Shown here: positions 28,347-38,477 of the stretch, one piece after another
How positions within the stretch are numbered: the stretch's first letter is position 1
Layout of the letters: each line of letters begins with the position of its first letter
Assembly: GCA_963794325.1 (NCBI GenBank)
Contig: CAWCDG010000002.1
Location: 576,001-640,000 of the forward strand
DNA from: an uncultured delta proteobacterium
GTDB taxonomy: Bacteria; Desulfobacterota; Binatia; Binatales; Binataceae
Length of the DNA stretch: 64,000 nucleotides
Direction of reading: 5' to 3'
Notes under the pieces: model-generated
What the model saw: the letters and a program-made list of their open reading frames with translations, nothing else
Told to the model about the DNA's origin: nothing
The model's database searches: none
Made by a program: the position numbers and the translations under genes

Positions 28347-28371
28347 CCCTGAGTACCAAAAATGGTACTAG
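28343..28371 (+). promoter_or_regulatory. Putative TA promoter with operator palindrome
   Basis: TTGACC at 28343; AGTACCA-N4-TGGTACT at 28352-28369, just before the toxin ATG. Confidence 0.55.
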
Positions 28372-28375
28372 AAAT

Positions 28376-28726
28376 ATGAATCGAGTTCTCAAGCGCTTGC
28401 CCGCATCGTTCTACCGTTCCGATAGCGGGCGCGAGCCAGTACGCGAGTGGCTCAAGAGCCTTGAGCCGGAGGACCGGAAAGTGATCGGCGAGGACATCAA
28501 GGACGTTGAGTTTTCATGGCCGATCGGGATGCCGCTCGTTCGTCCGCTTGGCCGCGAATTGTGGGAGGTCCGGAGCAGATTGCCGCGCCGCCGCATTGCG
28601 CGGGTCCTTTTCTGCATCGAGCAGGGGCGCATGGTGCTGCTGCACGGCTTCATCAAGAAGTCCCAGAAGACGTCGCGACACGACATCGACCTGGCACATA
28701 AACGGAGAACAGGAGTAGCCACATGA
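28376..28726 (+). CDS. Type II TA toxin, RelE/HigB (Gp49-like) family
   Basis: FYRSDSGREPVREWL...WPIGMP...LWEVR...LLHGFIKKSQKT. Confidence 0.9.
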   Translation: MNRVLKRLPASFYRSDSGREPVREWLKSLEPEDRKVIGEDIKDVEFSWPIGMPLVRPLGRELWEVRSRLPRRRIARVLFCIEQGRMVLLHGFIKKSQKTSRHDIDLAHKRRTGVAT

Positions 28727-29004
28727 AAAAGAAGCACGTTGGCTCATCTTTCGACAGCTGGCTCCGAGAAGAAGGCATCTACGAGGAAGTCACGGCTAAC
28801 GCCATTAAGCGCGTCCTCGCCCGGCAGGTTGAGGCCGCTATGAAGGAGAGACATTTTTCCAAGGCGGAAATGGCGCGCAGGATGTGCACCAGCCGCGCCG
28901 CGCTTGACCGCTTGCTCGATCCCGACTACGACGCGGTGACGTTGAGCACGCTGCGGAAAGCAGCCACCGCTGTCGGTCGTCAACTTCGCCTGGAACTTGT
29001 ATAA
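28723..29004 (+). CDS. HTH (XRE-like) antitoxin
   Basis: HVGSSFDSWL...SKAEMARRM.TSRAALDRLLDP...TLSTL; ATGA overlap with the toxin. Confidence 0.88.
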   Translation: MKKKHVGSSFDSWLREEGIYEEVTANAIKRVLARQVEAAMKERHFSKAEMARRMCTSRAALDRLLDPDYDAVTLSTLRKAATAVGRQLRLELV

Positions 29005-29109
29005 ATGATCTTGGAGCGATCAATCAGAGCAAACGTTCAGAGCGAGATGTAAAATCGGCGTGCGATTCTATCGACCCCGCCCATCACTCTAAGCTACAAA
29101 TGAATTGCG

Positions 29110-30256
29110 ATGGATCTCGAACTCACTGAAGCGCAACGCGGCGCGCGCGATGTTGCGCGACGCTTCGCTCGCGAGAAGCTCGGGCCAATCGGCGTCGAGG
29201 CCGATCGCTCGCATCGGTATCCCAGTGAAGCAATCGACGAACTCGCGCGGCTCGGGATGCTGGGCATCTTCCTGCCTGAGCAGTACGGCGGCGCGGGCCT
29301 CGACCACGTCGCGTATTCGCTGGTGCTTGAGGAGCTCGCGGTCGAATGCGCGTCCACCGCGGTCATCATGTCGGCGCATTGCTCGCTGGCGTCGTGGCCG
29401 ATTCTAGGTCTGGGTACAACCCACCAGAAAAATCATTTCCTGCCGAAGATGGCGACCGGGAGCTGGCTCGGATGCTTCGCGCTAACCGAGCCGCAAGCGG
29501 GGTCCGACGCTGCCGGTCAGAAGACGCGCGCGGTGCTCGATGGCGATTCGTACGTAATCAACGGCACCAAGAATTTCATCACCAACGCCCCGCAATCGAA
29601 GGTCGCGATCGTGTTTGCGATGACCCAGCCCGACAAGGGCCATCACGGGATCAGCGCGTTTGCGGTCGAGACGGACACACCGGGATGGGCGGTCACGCGC
29701 GTCGAAGACAAAATGGGGATTCACGGCGCGCACTCGCGCGCAGTTGAGTTTTTCGGATATGCGCGTACCGCGCGAGAACCTGCTGCTCGAAGAAGGGCAG
29801 GGGTTCAAGGTCGCGATGAAGACGCTCGACGGCGGCAGGATCGGGATCGCGTCGCAGGCGCTGGGAATCGCGCGCGCGTCGCTGGAGGCGTCGTTGAAGT
29901 ACGCGCAGGAGCGGCTGACATTTGGCAAGCCGCTCTCTCAATACCAGGCGATTCAGTGGAAGCTCGCCGACATGGCGGTAGAGATCGATGCCGCCCGACT
30001 GCTGACGCATCGCGCGGCGACGCTGAAGGATCGCGGCGAGTCGTGCACCAAGGAATCCGCGATGGCGAAGCTGTTCGCCGCCGAGACCGCGATGAAGTCC
30101 GCGGTCGAGGCGGTGCAGATTCATGGCGGCTACGGTTACACCAAGGAGTTCAAGGTCGAGCGCTTTTTCCGCGACGCCAAGATTACTGAGATATACGAAG
30201 GCACGTCCGAGATTCAGCGGCTCGTGATAGCGAGCAGTGTGCTCGAAAATCGGTGA
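29110..30256 (+). pseudogene. Acyl-CoA dehydrogenase split by a +1 frameshift near 29734-29740 (pseudogene or sequencing error)
   Basis: FALTEPQAGSD and KMGIHG in one frame; AQLSFSDMRVP, IHGGYGY and EIYEGTSEIQ in the next. Confidence 0.8.
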
Positions 30257-30266
30257 GGATCGGCCT

Positions 30267-31901
30267 GTGAGCAACAAAAAGAAATGGCTCGAGACGACCT
30301 ACCAGCAGGCCAGCGCGCGTCCGGTTCGCTTCTCGACCGTAAGCGACATGGAGCTCGACCCGCTCTACACGCCCGACGATGTGACCGGATCCTACGATGA
30401 CGCGCTCGGCAACCCCGGCGAGTATCCGTACACACGCGGTGTGTACGGCTCGATGTATCGCGGACGCTTGTGGACGATGCGCCAGTTCGCGGGCTTCGGA
30501 CTCGCCGAGGACACCAACGCGCGCTTTCACTTTCTGCTGGGGCAGGGCCAGGACGGGCTTTCGACCGCGTTCGACATGCCGACGCTGATGGGCTACGACG
30601 CCGACCACGAACGCGCGCTCGGCGAAGTTGGACGCGAAGGCGTTTCGGTCTCGACGGTCTACGACATGGCGACGCTGTTCGATCGAATCCCGCTCGACCG
30701 GGTCACGACCTCGATGACCGTGAATTGCTCGGCGTCGATCCTGCTCGCGATGTACCTGGTCGTGGCCGAGCGCAATGGAATTCCGTGGGATCGCGTCGGC
30801 GGCACCATTCAAAACGACATGCTCAAGGAGTACATCGCGCAGAAGGAATGGATTTGCCCGCCGCGCCCGGCGCTTCGAATCGTCACCGACATGATCGAGT
30901 TTTGCGCGCGCAAAGTTCCGCGATGGCACGCTGTGTCGATTTCCGGCTACCACATCCGTGAGGCCGGCTCGACCGCGGTGCAGGAGCTGGCGTTCACGAT
31001 CGCCGACGGCATCTGCTACGTCGATGAGGCCGTCAAGCGCGGGATCCCCGTCGACGACTTCGCGCAGCGCCTGTCGTTCTTCTGGAACCTGCACAACGAT
31101 TTTCTCGAAGAGGTCGCCAAGCTCCGCGCCGCGCGCCGGATGTGGGCGCGAATCATGAAGGATCGTTTCGGTGCGAAGAATCCGAAATCGATGATGCTGC
31201 GGACCCACGCACAGACTGCGGGAGCGTCGCTGACCGCGCAGCAGCCGATCAACAACGTGGTGCGCGTCGCCATCCAGGCGCTGGCCGGAGTGCTCGGCGG
31301 AATCCAGTCGCTGCACACCAATTCGATGGACGAGACGCTCGCGCTGCCCACCGAGCAGGCCGTGATGGTCGCGCTGCGCACGCAACAAGTCATCGCCGAA
31401 GAGACCGGCGTGACCAATACGATCGATCCGTTCGGCGGCAGCTACGCGGTCGAGGCGCTCACGGACCGGATGGAGCGCGAGGCGAACGACTACATTCGAC
31501 GCATCGACGAGATGGGCGGGATGGTCAAGGCAATCGAGACCGGCTATCCGCAGCGCGAGATCGCCGAGGCGGCGTTTCATTTTCAGCGTCAGCTCGAGCA
31601 GGGAATCAAGACGGTGGTCGGCGTCAACAAGTATTCGATCCCGGAAGAGATCCCGATCGCGACGCTCAAGATTGATCCCGAGATCGAAGAGCGTCAGATT
31701 CAGCGCGTGCGCAAGGTCAAGCGCGAACGAAACTCCGTCGCCGTCAAGGAAGCGCTCGCGCGCGTTGCCGAGGCGTGTCGCTCGAGCGAGAACCTGATGG
31801 AACCGATTTGCGAGGCGGTGCGCCGCGACGCGACGGTCGGCGAAGTGTGCGATATCTTTCGTGCGGAGTTTGGCGTGTACACAGACCCAGGCTGGATTTA
31901 G
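30267..31901 (+). CDS. icmA: B12-dependent acyl-CoA mutase large subunit, isobutyryl-CoA mutase-like
   Basis: [43 protein letters not shown]; GTG start inferred. Confidence 0.82.
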   Translation: MSNKKKWLETTYQQASARPVRFSTVSDMELDPLYTPDDVTGSYDDALGNPGEYPYTRGVYGSMYRGRLWTMRQFAGFGLAEDTNARFHFLLGQGQDGLSTAFDMPTLMGYDADHERALGEVGREGVSVSTVYDMATLFDRIPLDRVTTSMTVNCSASILLAMYLVVAERNGIPWDRVGGTIQNDMLKEYIAQKEWICPPRPALRIVTDMIEFCARKVPRWHAVSISGYHIREAGSTAVQELAFTIADGICYVDEAVKRGIPVDDFAQRLSFFWNLHNDFLEEVAKLRAARRMWARIMKDRFGAKNPKSMMLRTHAQTAGASLTAQQPINNVVRVAIQALAGVLGGIQSLHTNSMDETLALPTEQAVMVALRTQQVIAEETGVTNTIDPFGGSYAVEALTDRMEREANDYIRRIDEMGGMVKAIETGYPQREIAEAAFHFQRQLEQGIKTVVGVNKYSIPEEIPIATLKIDPEIEERQIQRVRKVKRERNSVAVKEALARVAEACRSSENLMEPICEAVRRDATVGEVCDIFRAEFGVYTDPGWI

Positions 31902-31904
31902 GCG

Positions 31905-32309
31905 ATGGCGGAAAAGAGACTCAGAATTCTGGTCGCGAAACCCGGGCTCGACGGCCACGATCGCGGCGCGAAAATTATCGCGCGCGCGCTGCGTGACGGC
32001 GGCTTCGAGGTCATCTACACCGGCCTTCATCAGACCCCCGAGATGATCGCGGAGGCCGCAGTGCAGGAAGACGCCGACGCGGTCGGGCTGAGCGTACTTT
32101 CGGGCGCGCATATGACGCTGTTCCCCGAAGTGATGCGGCTGCTGAAGGAGCGCGGCGCTGCCGAGGTCGCAGTTTTCGGCGGCGGAATTATTCCCGACGA
32201 CGACGCCGTCAAGCTCAAGCAGATGGGCGTCCGGCAAATCTTCACCCCCGGCGCGTCAACTGAAGATATCGTTAAATGGGTGCGCGAGAACGTCGCGGCC
32301 CGCACTTAG
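31905..32309 (+). CDS. icmB: Cobalamin-binding mutase small subunit
   Basis: [10 protein letters not shown]...SVLSGAH...GGG B12-binding motif. Confidence 0.85.
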   Translation: MAEKRLRILVAKPGLDGHDRGAKIIARALRDGGFEVIYTGLHQTPEMIAEAAVQEDADAVGLSVLSGAHMTLFPEVMRLLKERGAAEVAVFGGGIIPDDDAVKLKQMGVRQIFTPGASTEDIVKWVRENVAART

Positions 32310-32315
32310 TTTCAA

Positions 32316-33473
32316 ATGAATTTCGATTTGACCGAAGAGCAGCGGCGCATCCGCGAGACGCTGACCGACTTCGCCGAGCGCGAGATCAAGCCATACTCGA
32401 CCAAGTGGGATAAGGAGGAGACCTTCCCGCGGCATATCATCGAGCAGCTCGGGCAGTTGGGGTTTCTGGGCGTCGCGTTCGCTGAAAAATTTGGCGGCGG
32501 TGGCGCCGATACTCTGTCGCAAGTGCTGGTCGTCGAAGGACTCTCGCGCTACGACGCCTCGATCGGCCTCACCTGCGCCGCGCACATGTCGCTCTCGACC
32601 GGCCACATCGCGGCATTCGCATCCGACACTCTGCGCAATCATTACGTTCCCGAAATGCTGCAGGCGAAGAAGCTCGGCGCGTGGTGCCTCACCGAACCCA
32701 GCTCCGGTTCCGACGCCGCCGCGATGCGCACGAAGGCGACCCGCGTCGGCGACAACTATTCGATCACCGGCTCCAAGATGTTCATCACCAACGGCACGGT
32801 TGCCGACGTGTATGTAGTGATGGCGATCACCGACCAGGCGCGCGGACGCGACGGCGTGTCGGCATTCATCGTCGATCGCGGAACCGCCGGATTGGCGAAT
32901 GGCAAGAAGATCGAAAAACTCGGATTGCGCGCGTCCGACACCGCCGAAGTCATCTTCGAAAACGTAACTGTGCCGGCGCGCAACCTCGTCGGCGAGCTCG
33001 GGGCCGGTTATCGGCAGACACTCAAGGTGCTCGAAGCAGGACGAATCGGAATCGCGGGATTCGCGGCGGGCATCGCGCGCGGGGGGTTCGAGGAAGCGCG
33101 CGCGTATGCTCTCGAACGCGGGCAGTTCGGCAAAAAGATTGCCGAGTTCCAGGCAATCCAGTGGATGTTCGCCGACATGGCGACGCGGATCGACGCATCG
33201 TGGGTGCTCATCTGCCGCGCCGCCGCACTCAAGGATGCGGGCAAGCCGTTCGCGCGTGAGGCTGCGATGGCAAAGCTGTTCGCATCCGAGACCGCGATGT
33301 GGTCGACGATCAAAGCCGTGCAGATCCACGGCGGCTACGGCTACGTCACCGACTTCCCGGTCGAGCGTTACATGCGCGACGCGAAGCTGTCGGAGATCGG
33401 CGAGGGCACCAGCGAAGTGCAGCGCATGATCATCGCGAAATCGCTGCTGCGCGACGGCTACCTGCCGGCCTGA
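32316..33473 (+). CDS. Acyl-CoA dehydrogenase
   Basis: [25 protein letters not shown] and EIGEGTSE motifs. Confidence 0.95.
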   Translation: MNFDLTEEQRRIRETLTDFAEREIKPYSTKWDKEETFPRHIIEQLGQLGFLGVAFAEKFGGGGADTLSQVLVVEGLSRYDASIGLTCAAHMSLSTGHIAAFASDTLRNHYVPEMLQAKKLGAWCLTEPSSGSDAAAMRTKATRVGDNYSITGSKMFITNGTVADVYVVMAITDQARGRDGVSAFIVDRGTAGLANGKKIEKLGLRASDTAEVIFENVTVPARNLVGELGAGYRQTLKVLEAGRIGIAGFAAGIARGGFEEARAYALERGQFGKKIAEFQAIQWMFADMATRIDASWVLICRAAALKDAGKPFAREAAMAKLFASETAMWSTIKAVQIHGGYGYVTDFPVERYMRDAKLSEIGEGTSEVQRMIIAKSLLRDGYLPA

Positions 33474-33476
33474 TCG

Positions 33477-34205
33477 TTAGTCTTCGAGCAAATCTTCCTG
33501 AATGATCGCGAGTTCGCGCGCGTCGAGGCCGATTACCTTGCGCATGAAGCCTTCGATGCCGCCGTTCTCATCCATCAGCTCGAAGACCGGGTCGAGTTGC
33601 TCGGCCGCGAGGGGAATCTTTTTGAAGACCAAATTGCTTTCGAGAAAGTCGGCGACGATTCGATCGCGCTCGACCCCAAGCATCGACAGCAGCATCGCGG
33701 CGCCGACTCCGGTGCGGTCACGGCCCGCGGAACAATGGAAGAGCAGGGGATAGACGTCGCGCTCGGCGAGCAATTTGAAGAAGCGCCGCCAGTCGTGCCG
33801 GAATTGCATCACGAGCGCGAGATGCTCGCGGCCGGGTTCCGGCGCGACTCGCGTGTAGCCCTGGTCATTGAACCATTCGTCGCCCATTGGGATGTGTTCC
33901 CATCGCACGCCGCTGCGCGCGGCCGGCGCTGGCGAGCCGAGGTGTTTCACTTCGGCGCGGCTCTGAAGAGTGACCAGGGTGCGAAGCTTCAGCTGGCTGA
34001 TGGGACTCTCGGGCGGGACCTCGGCAAGATGCGACGAGCGAAATATCTTGCCGGCACGGACGCGCCGCTGCTTGGCGGCCGGATGACCTCCCAGATCGCG
34101 GAAATTCTGCGCCGCGAAACTCCGCAGCAATTCGAAGTCGACGACGACCCGCGGCGGCTCAGTCGGTTCCTTGATACCTTCCGGAATGTTCTTCCCTTTT
34201 GGCAA
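33477..34205 (-). CDS. Tyrosine phosphatase family protein (Y_phosphatase3/MptpB-like)
   Basis: NFRDLGG and HCSAGRDRTG motifs. Confidence 0.88.
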   Translation of the reverse strand: MPKGKNIPEGIKEPTEPPRVVVDFELLRSFAAQNFRDLGGHPAAKQRRVRAGKIFRSSHLAEVPPESPISQLKLRTLVTLQSRAEVKHLGSPAPAARSGVRWEHIPMGDEWFNDQGYTRVAPEPGREHLALVMQFRHDWRRFFKLLAERDVYPLLFHCSAGRDRTGVGAAMLLSMLGVERDRIVADFLESNLVFKKIPLAAEQLDPVFELMDENGGIEGFMRKVIGLDARELAIIQEDLLED

Positions 34206-34308
34206 ACTGATCGGTCCTGCTGCTGGTGTCGGTCAAAAGTGTAACAGGGCGCGACGCGCGGACCAAAGGAGACTCGACTCACTTGCTTCGTGCACCGCGG
34301 TCAGTTAA

Positions 34309-34322
34309 TAGACTAGAGTCTA
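34309..34322. promoter_or_regulatory. Palindrome, putative TetR autoregulatory operator
   Basis: TAGACT-AG-AGTCTA, 5 bp before ATG 34328. Confidence 0.5.
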
Positions 34323-34327
34323 GTTAT

Positions 34328-34984
34328 ATGGCTGAGTATATCGAAACCTCCACCACCCAATCCGCCCCGGTGTCGCGGCGCGAGCGCAAGAAGGGGCGCA
34401 CTCGCGCTGATATCTACAGCGCCGCGATGAATTTATTTGTGCGGCGCGGTTTCGATTCGGTTACGATCGAGGATATCTGCGAGGCCGCCGACGTGGCGCG
34501 GGCGACTTTCTTTCTGCATTTCCCGGCCAAGGAAGCGCTGCTTATCGAGTACGGCGAGCGCGCCAACCACGAGCTGGCCGCCGCCATTGCCGAATATCGC
34601 GGCAGCGCGACCTCGACGCTTCGGATGGCGCTCAAGATGCTGGCGGAGCGTGCGGTGCGCCATACCGACGTCGTCCGGCTGGTGATGCGGGAAATGCTGG
34701 CGCGGCCGCGAGTTCTGAGCGAGCACGATGAGAAGGCGGCCGGCCTGGTTGATCTGCTCGCGGGAATTATCCGGCGAGGGCAAAAGTCGGGCGAGTTCCG
34801 CCGCCGCGTGGAGCCGACGGTGGTAGCGCTGACCGCCTCCGCGGCGTTTTTCGCGCTGATTTATACATGGGTGCGCAACGACGGCAAGATCGATGTCGAG
34901 GGGGCGGTGGCCGAGACTTTGGACGTCATTTTGAACGGGCTCAGCGAAAAGAAATCCAGACGCGGACAACGCGCAGCAACCTAA
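34328..34984 (+). CDS. TetR/AcrR family regulator
   Basis: RRERKK.RTR...GFDSVTIEDIC..ADVARATFFLHFPAKE. Confidence 0.92.
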   Translation: MAEYIETSTTQSAPVSRRERKKGRTRADIYSAAMNLFVRRGFDSVTIEDICEAADVARATFFLHFPAKEALLIEYGERANHELAAAIAEYRGSATSTLRMALKMLAERAVRHTDVVRLVMREMLARPRVLSEHDEKAAGLVDLLAGIIRRGQKSGEFRRRVEPTVVALTASAAFFALIYTWVRNDGKIDVEGAVAETLDVILNGLSEKKSRRGQRAAT

Positions 34985-35186
34985 CAAGAGAGTGTCGATG
35001 AAAATGACGCAAAGAAATAATCGCCTGCGCGGCGGGCGGCAGGGGTGACCCCTGCACCCAGTGAAAAGTGAGAAGGGGCGAAATGTTGCGGACAACCTTT
35101 CGCTCTCAGGGTCGCGGGGAGGAGGGCGAGCGTAAAGGTGTGATGTTCGGCTTTCACCCGTCAGCGTGCGCGCAGCGAATGATCGA

Positions 35187-35222
35187 CTAACCCGTGACCC
35201 GTTGCCTCGAGGGAAGGGGAAC
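35187..35222 (-). repeat. REP-like repeat, copy 5 (degenerate)
   Basis: CTAACCCGTGACCCGTTGCCTCGAGGGAAGGGGAAC. Confidence 0.6.
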
Positions 35223-35252
35223 AATCCCGTTAAGAGGATCGAGGAAAGCTAG

Positions 35253-36668
35253 ATGGCAAACACTCATGCGATTGTGATGGGCGGCAGCATGGCCGGGCTT
35301 TGTGCTGCGCGCGTGCTGAGCAAGTTCTACGACAAAGTTACGGTGATCGATCGCGACGCTTATCCGGTCGGCGCGCACGAGCGGCCCGGCGTTCCGCAGA
35401 GCCGGCATGTTCATGCGCTGCTGATGCGCGGGCGGCTCGAACTCGATGGGCTCTTCCCGGGTTTCGAGCAGACCATGCTGCAGCGCGGCGCTATCGACAT
35501 AAATTTCGGCTGCGACTTCGCCGCGCTCAGGCAGGACGGATGGGCCGAGCGGCGGCCGAACTCGATTACGACGCTGTTCGCGAGCCGCGTGTTGATCGAG
35601 GAGACCGTGCGCGAGTTGCTGCGTCGCATTCCGAACGTCGAGCTGATCGAGCGCGCCGAGGCGGTCGGATTCGAGACGGTGCGCGGCGACGCGCTCCGGG
35701 TGGCTGGAGTGAAGGTGAATCCGCGCGACGGCGGCGCTGCGTTCACTCTGAAAGGAGATCTCATCGTCGATGCGAGCGGGCGCACGACCAAAGTTCCGTC
35801 GTGGATCGAGGCGATGGGCCTGCCGTTGCCGCCGGAGACTGTGGTCGATTCGCATACCGGCTACGCCTCGCGATGGTTCAAGGCAAATCCCGAGCGGCGC
35901 CCGAAGGAGTGGTGGTGGAAGGGAATCTGGATCGATCCGATCGCGGAGAGTTTCTCGACCGCCGGCGTTCTGTTTCCGGTCGAGGGCAATCGATTTATCG
36001 TCTCGCTGGCGGGCATCGGAGGGCATTATCCGCCAAGTGACGAGGCCGAATTCACCGCCAAGCTCGCGCAACTCCGCTCGCCGATCATCTCTGAAGAAGT
36101 CGCGCTCGGGGAGCCGATGTCGCAGGTCTATTCGTATCGGCAGATGGCGAATCGATGGCGCCATTACGACAAGTGGGCGGCGCGGCTCGACGGTTTCGTC
36201 GCGCTGGGCGACTCGTCGTGCGCATTCAACCCGGTTTACGGTCAGGGAATGACGTCGGGCGCGTTGTCGGCGCTGATGCTCGGCGAGTGCCTCGACAAGA
36301 ACGGCATCAACGATGTCGAAATCCCGCGGAAATTTTTCGCCGCGCAGGCGCGCTTCCAGGCCGAGCCATGGGGACTCGCGACCGCGTCCGATTTCAGAGT
36401 TCCGGGCACCGAAGGCAAGCGTCCGTTGATGAGCCGCGTGATGGATCCGTTGATAGGCAAAATGTTCCAGGTCGCGAATGACGATCCGGCGATCGGCGAA
36501 CGTATCGGCGAAGTGATCAATATGATGAAGCCGCCGTCGGCGCTGTTCGAGTCGTCGATGCTGAAGCTGATCGCGAAGGCCTGGTCGCGCCGGCTGTTCA
36601 AAGGCAGAACGCGCGAGAAGGAAGCGGCGACGACGATGCCGCCGCTCGCGCTGGGCGTCGAAGGGTAG
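35253..36668 (+). CDS. FAD-dependent oxidoreductase/monooxygenase
   Basis: GGSMAGL, GVPQSRH.H, DASGR and GDSSCAFNPVYGQGM motifs. Confidence 0.88.
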   Translation: MANTHAIVMGGSMAGLCAARVLSKFYDKVTVIDRDAYPVGAHERPGVPQSRHVHALLMRGRLELDGLFPGFEQTMLQRGAIDINFGCDFAALRQDGWAERRPNSITTLFASRVLIEETVRELLRRIPNVELIERAEAVGFETVRGDALRVAGVKVNPRDGGAAFTLKGDLIVDASGRTTKVPSWIEAMGLPLPPETVVDSHTGYASRWFKANPERRPKEWWWKGIWIDPIAESFSTAGVLFPVEGNRFIVSLAGIGGHYPPSDEAEFTAKLAQLRSPIISEEVALGEPMSQVYSYRQMANRWRHYDKWAARLDGFVALGDSSCAFNPVYGQGMTSGALSALMLGECLDKNGINDVEIPRKFFAAQARFQAEPWGLATASDFRVPGTEGKRPLMSRVMDPLIGKMFQVANDDPAIGERIGEVINMMKPPSALFESSMLKLIAKAWSRRLFKGRTREKEAATTMPPLALGVEG

Positions 36669-36741
36669 GTTCTACTTGCTCGTGCGGCGACACTTGTGCC
36701 GCGCACGGGCGAGGGCGCACGCATCGAGCGCAGTGCGCGCG

Positions 36742-36942
36742 CCCTCACCCGCGCTAAGGCGTGCCTCTCCCGAGGGAAACCTTTGCATAACTGATTGCTG
36801 CCTCTCTCCCTCTCCCTGTCCCCGTGTCATTCAGAGCGAAGCGAAGAATCCCGGATCCTTCTTCCCCTCTCCCGGCGGGAGAGGATTTAAGGAGAGGGAC
36901 CTTGTGCAGCGCGCGATTTTTTCGCGCGCGATTCGAGATTCT
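36742..36942 (+). repeat. Composite REP-like mosaic (inverted relative of 39551-39718; related to 48505-48786)
   Basis: Modules CCTTTGCATAACTG, TGTCATTC.GAGCGAAGC.AAGAATCCCGG and CTCTCCCG.CGGGAGAGGATTTAAGGAGAGGGACCTTGT. Confidence 0.75.
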
Positions 36943-37008
36943 GCGTCCGATTCCTTTGATTCGCCTGCTGGAACTGGCGCTACGAAGTCATCCCTGTAAG
37001 ATTGACGG

Positions 37009-38307
37009 ATGATCTCAAAACTAATCGACCAAATTATAGAACGCGATCTTCAGGATTTAATCGAGTTACGTATCGCTGAGAGAAAAACGCTCGATTACAA
37101 GCGCGACCTTCCCGCCAGGACTCCTACAGATAGAGATAAATTCCTAGCTAATGTGTCCTCCTTCGCGAACACTTCGGGAGGGGATTTAATCTATGGGATC
37201 GAAGCACCCTCCGGAACTGGAGAGCCGACTTCTATTCCGGGGTTGGACCTTCCGAATCCTGAGGAAGAGAAATTACGCTTGGAGCAGTACCTTCAGTCAG
37301 GCCTACGTCCTACTCTTCCACGCCACGATATTCACTATTTTAGGTTGAACTCGGGCCGCTACGTCCTAATCGTTCGTGCGTGGCAGAGTTGGATAGGACC
37401 GCATCGTCTGGGCGAGTATGGGGCGTTTTATGCGCGAAATTCGGCGGGCAAGTTTCAACTCGACGTTGCTCAGCTTCGGCAGGCATTTGGTCTTTCCGAT
37501 TCAATCTCTCAGAGGATGGGCGCTTTTCGGGCCGATCGTATTTCAAAGGTCTATAGCGACGATCTCCCGGCCCCAATCGACGAGGGTCCCCGGCTTCTAA
37601 TTCATATTATTCCGCCTTCTGCATTTGCTCCATTTGTCCAGTTAGATTTAGCGGATTCTCTACGGAAGGCGTTCTCCGACAGTGGCGACAATTTCGGCTG
37701 GAAGAGTTTCGAACCATTTTCGCATACTTTTTCTTGGGATCAGTTTGTCAATTTGGAAGGGCCGGTCGTTATCCCCACGGCGGCCGATGGTCGAGCAGCG
37801 GGCAGATCTTACGTTCAGATATATCGAACTGGAGTGCTCGAAGCACTTTGGCTGCTCCCATACAGGAGGTTTCAATATAGTCCAGGGGAAGAGCGATCCG
37901 GCATCCGGGGTGACGGATGGTTACCAAACCTTATCGAGCTTCTGCGAAAATATATGATAGGTCTGAATCGACTCGGCGTCTCTCCTCCCTTCTTTGTGTT
38001 TTTTACTTTTCTTTCAATCAAAGAGTTCTACCTCTTCGGGCCGAGCGGAAGTGGTACGCATCGTCCCTTCAACCGAGATCAGATCTTGCTGCCAGAGATC
38101 TACGTTGAGACTATTCCGGACGATATCAGGCCGATGATCCAACGATCACTCGACATGGTTTGGAACGCTATAGGTGCTGAGGTGAACCCATACAATCGGG
38201 AATCCCTAATGTTGCTCTGCAATCGCGGCGCGCGGTTGTCCCTCACCCGACGCACGGGGACGTGCGTCGGCCTTGTATGTTGCGGTCAAAGTCCGAAGAT
38301 GAAGTAG
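37009..38307 (+). CDS. Schlafen/AlbA_2-domain protein (3' end reads through REP/IS sequence)
   Basis: ERKTLDYK...VSSFANTSGGDLIYGI...PH...FYAR AlbA_2 signature; visibly lower GC. Confidence 0.8.
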   Translation: MISKLIDQIIERDLQDLIELRIAERKTLDYKRDLPARTPTDRDKFLANVSSFANTSGGDLIYGIEAPSGTGEPTSIPGLDLPNPEEEKLRLEQYLQSGLRPTLPRHDIHYFRLNSGRYVLIVRAWQSWIGPHRLGEYGAFYARNSAGKFQLDVAQLRQAFGLSDSISQRMGAFRADRISKVYSDDLPAPIDEGPRLLIHIIPPSAFAPFVQLDLADSLRKAFSDSGDNFGWKSFEPFSHTFSWDQFVNLEGPVVIPTAADGRAAGRSYVQIYRTGVLEALWLLPYRRFQYSPGEERSGIRGDGWLPNLIELLRKYMIGLNRLGVSPPFFVFFTFLSIKEFYLFGPSGSGTHRPFNRDQILLPEIYVETIPDDIRPMIQRSLDMVWNAIGAEVNPYNRESLMLLCNRGARLSLTRRTGTCVGLVCCGQSPKMK

Positions 38308-38462
38308 GACGAGGGCGCGGCAGGCCGATTCGGCCTAGGTCGATAGAGACCGAGGGAGAGCGTGGTCGCCGCGCCCATAACTCCGGCCAGGAGCCCGAAC
38401 AGTCGCTGGGGCGGCGCACGGCGCAGAGCCCGAATCGCGCAAGGATGGGCGGTGCCGGAACC
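38288..38462 (+). ncRNA. Putative IS110 bridge (seek) RNA; boundaries approximate
   Basis: Two internal loops carrying TTCGGCCT/GGGAGAG (target) and ACAGTCGCT/GCAAG (donor). Confidence 0.7.
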
Positions 38463-38477
38463 CATGGAGGCGGTGGG

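Noticed and set aside
29725-29750. Programmed ribosomal frameshift
   Set aside because: No slippery sequence, and no precedent I know of in acyl-CoA dehydrogenases.
31860-31905. Cobalamin riboswitch near the mutase genes
   Set aside because: Intergenic gaps around the mutase genes are only a few bp and no B12-box was seen.
30183-32237. 684 aa minus-strand ORF
   Set aside because: Antisense shadow of the mutase genes; no recognisable motifs.
38262-38477. N-terminal extension of the IS110 transposase
   Set aside because: The region is the structured non-coding end; the SD-led ATG at 38478 directly precedes the GIDVSK motif.
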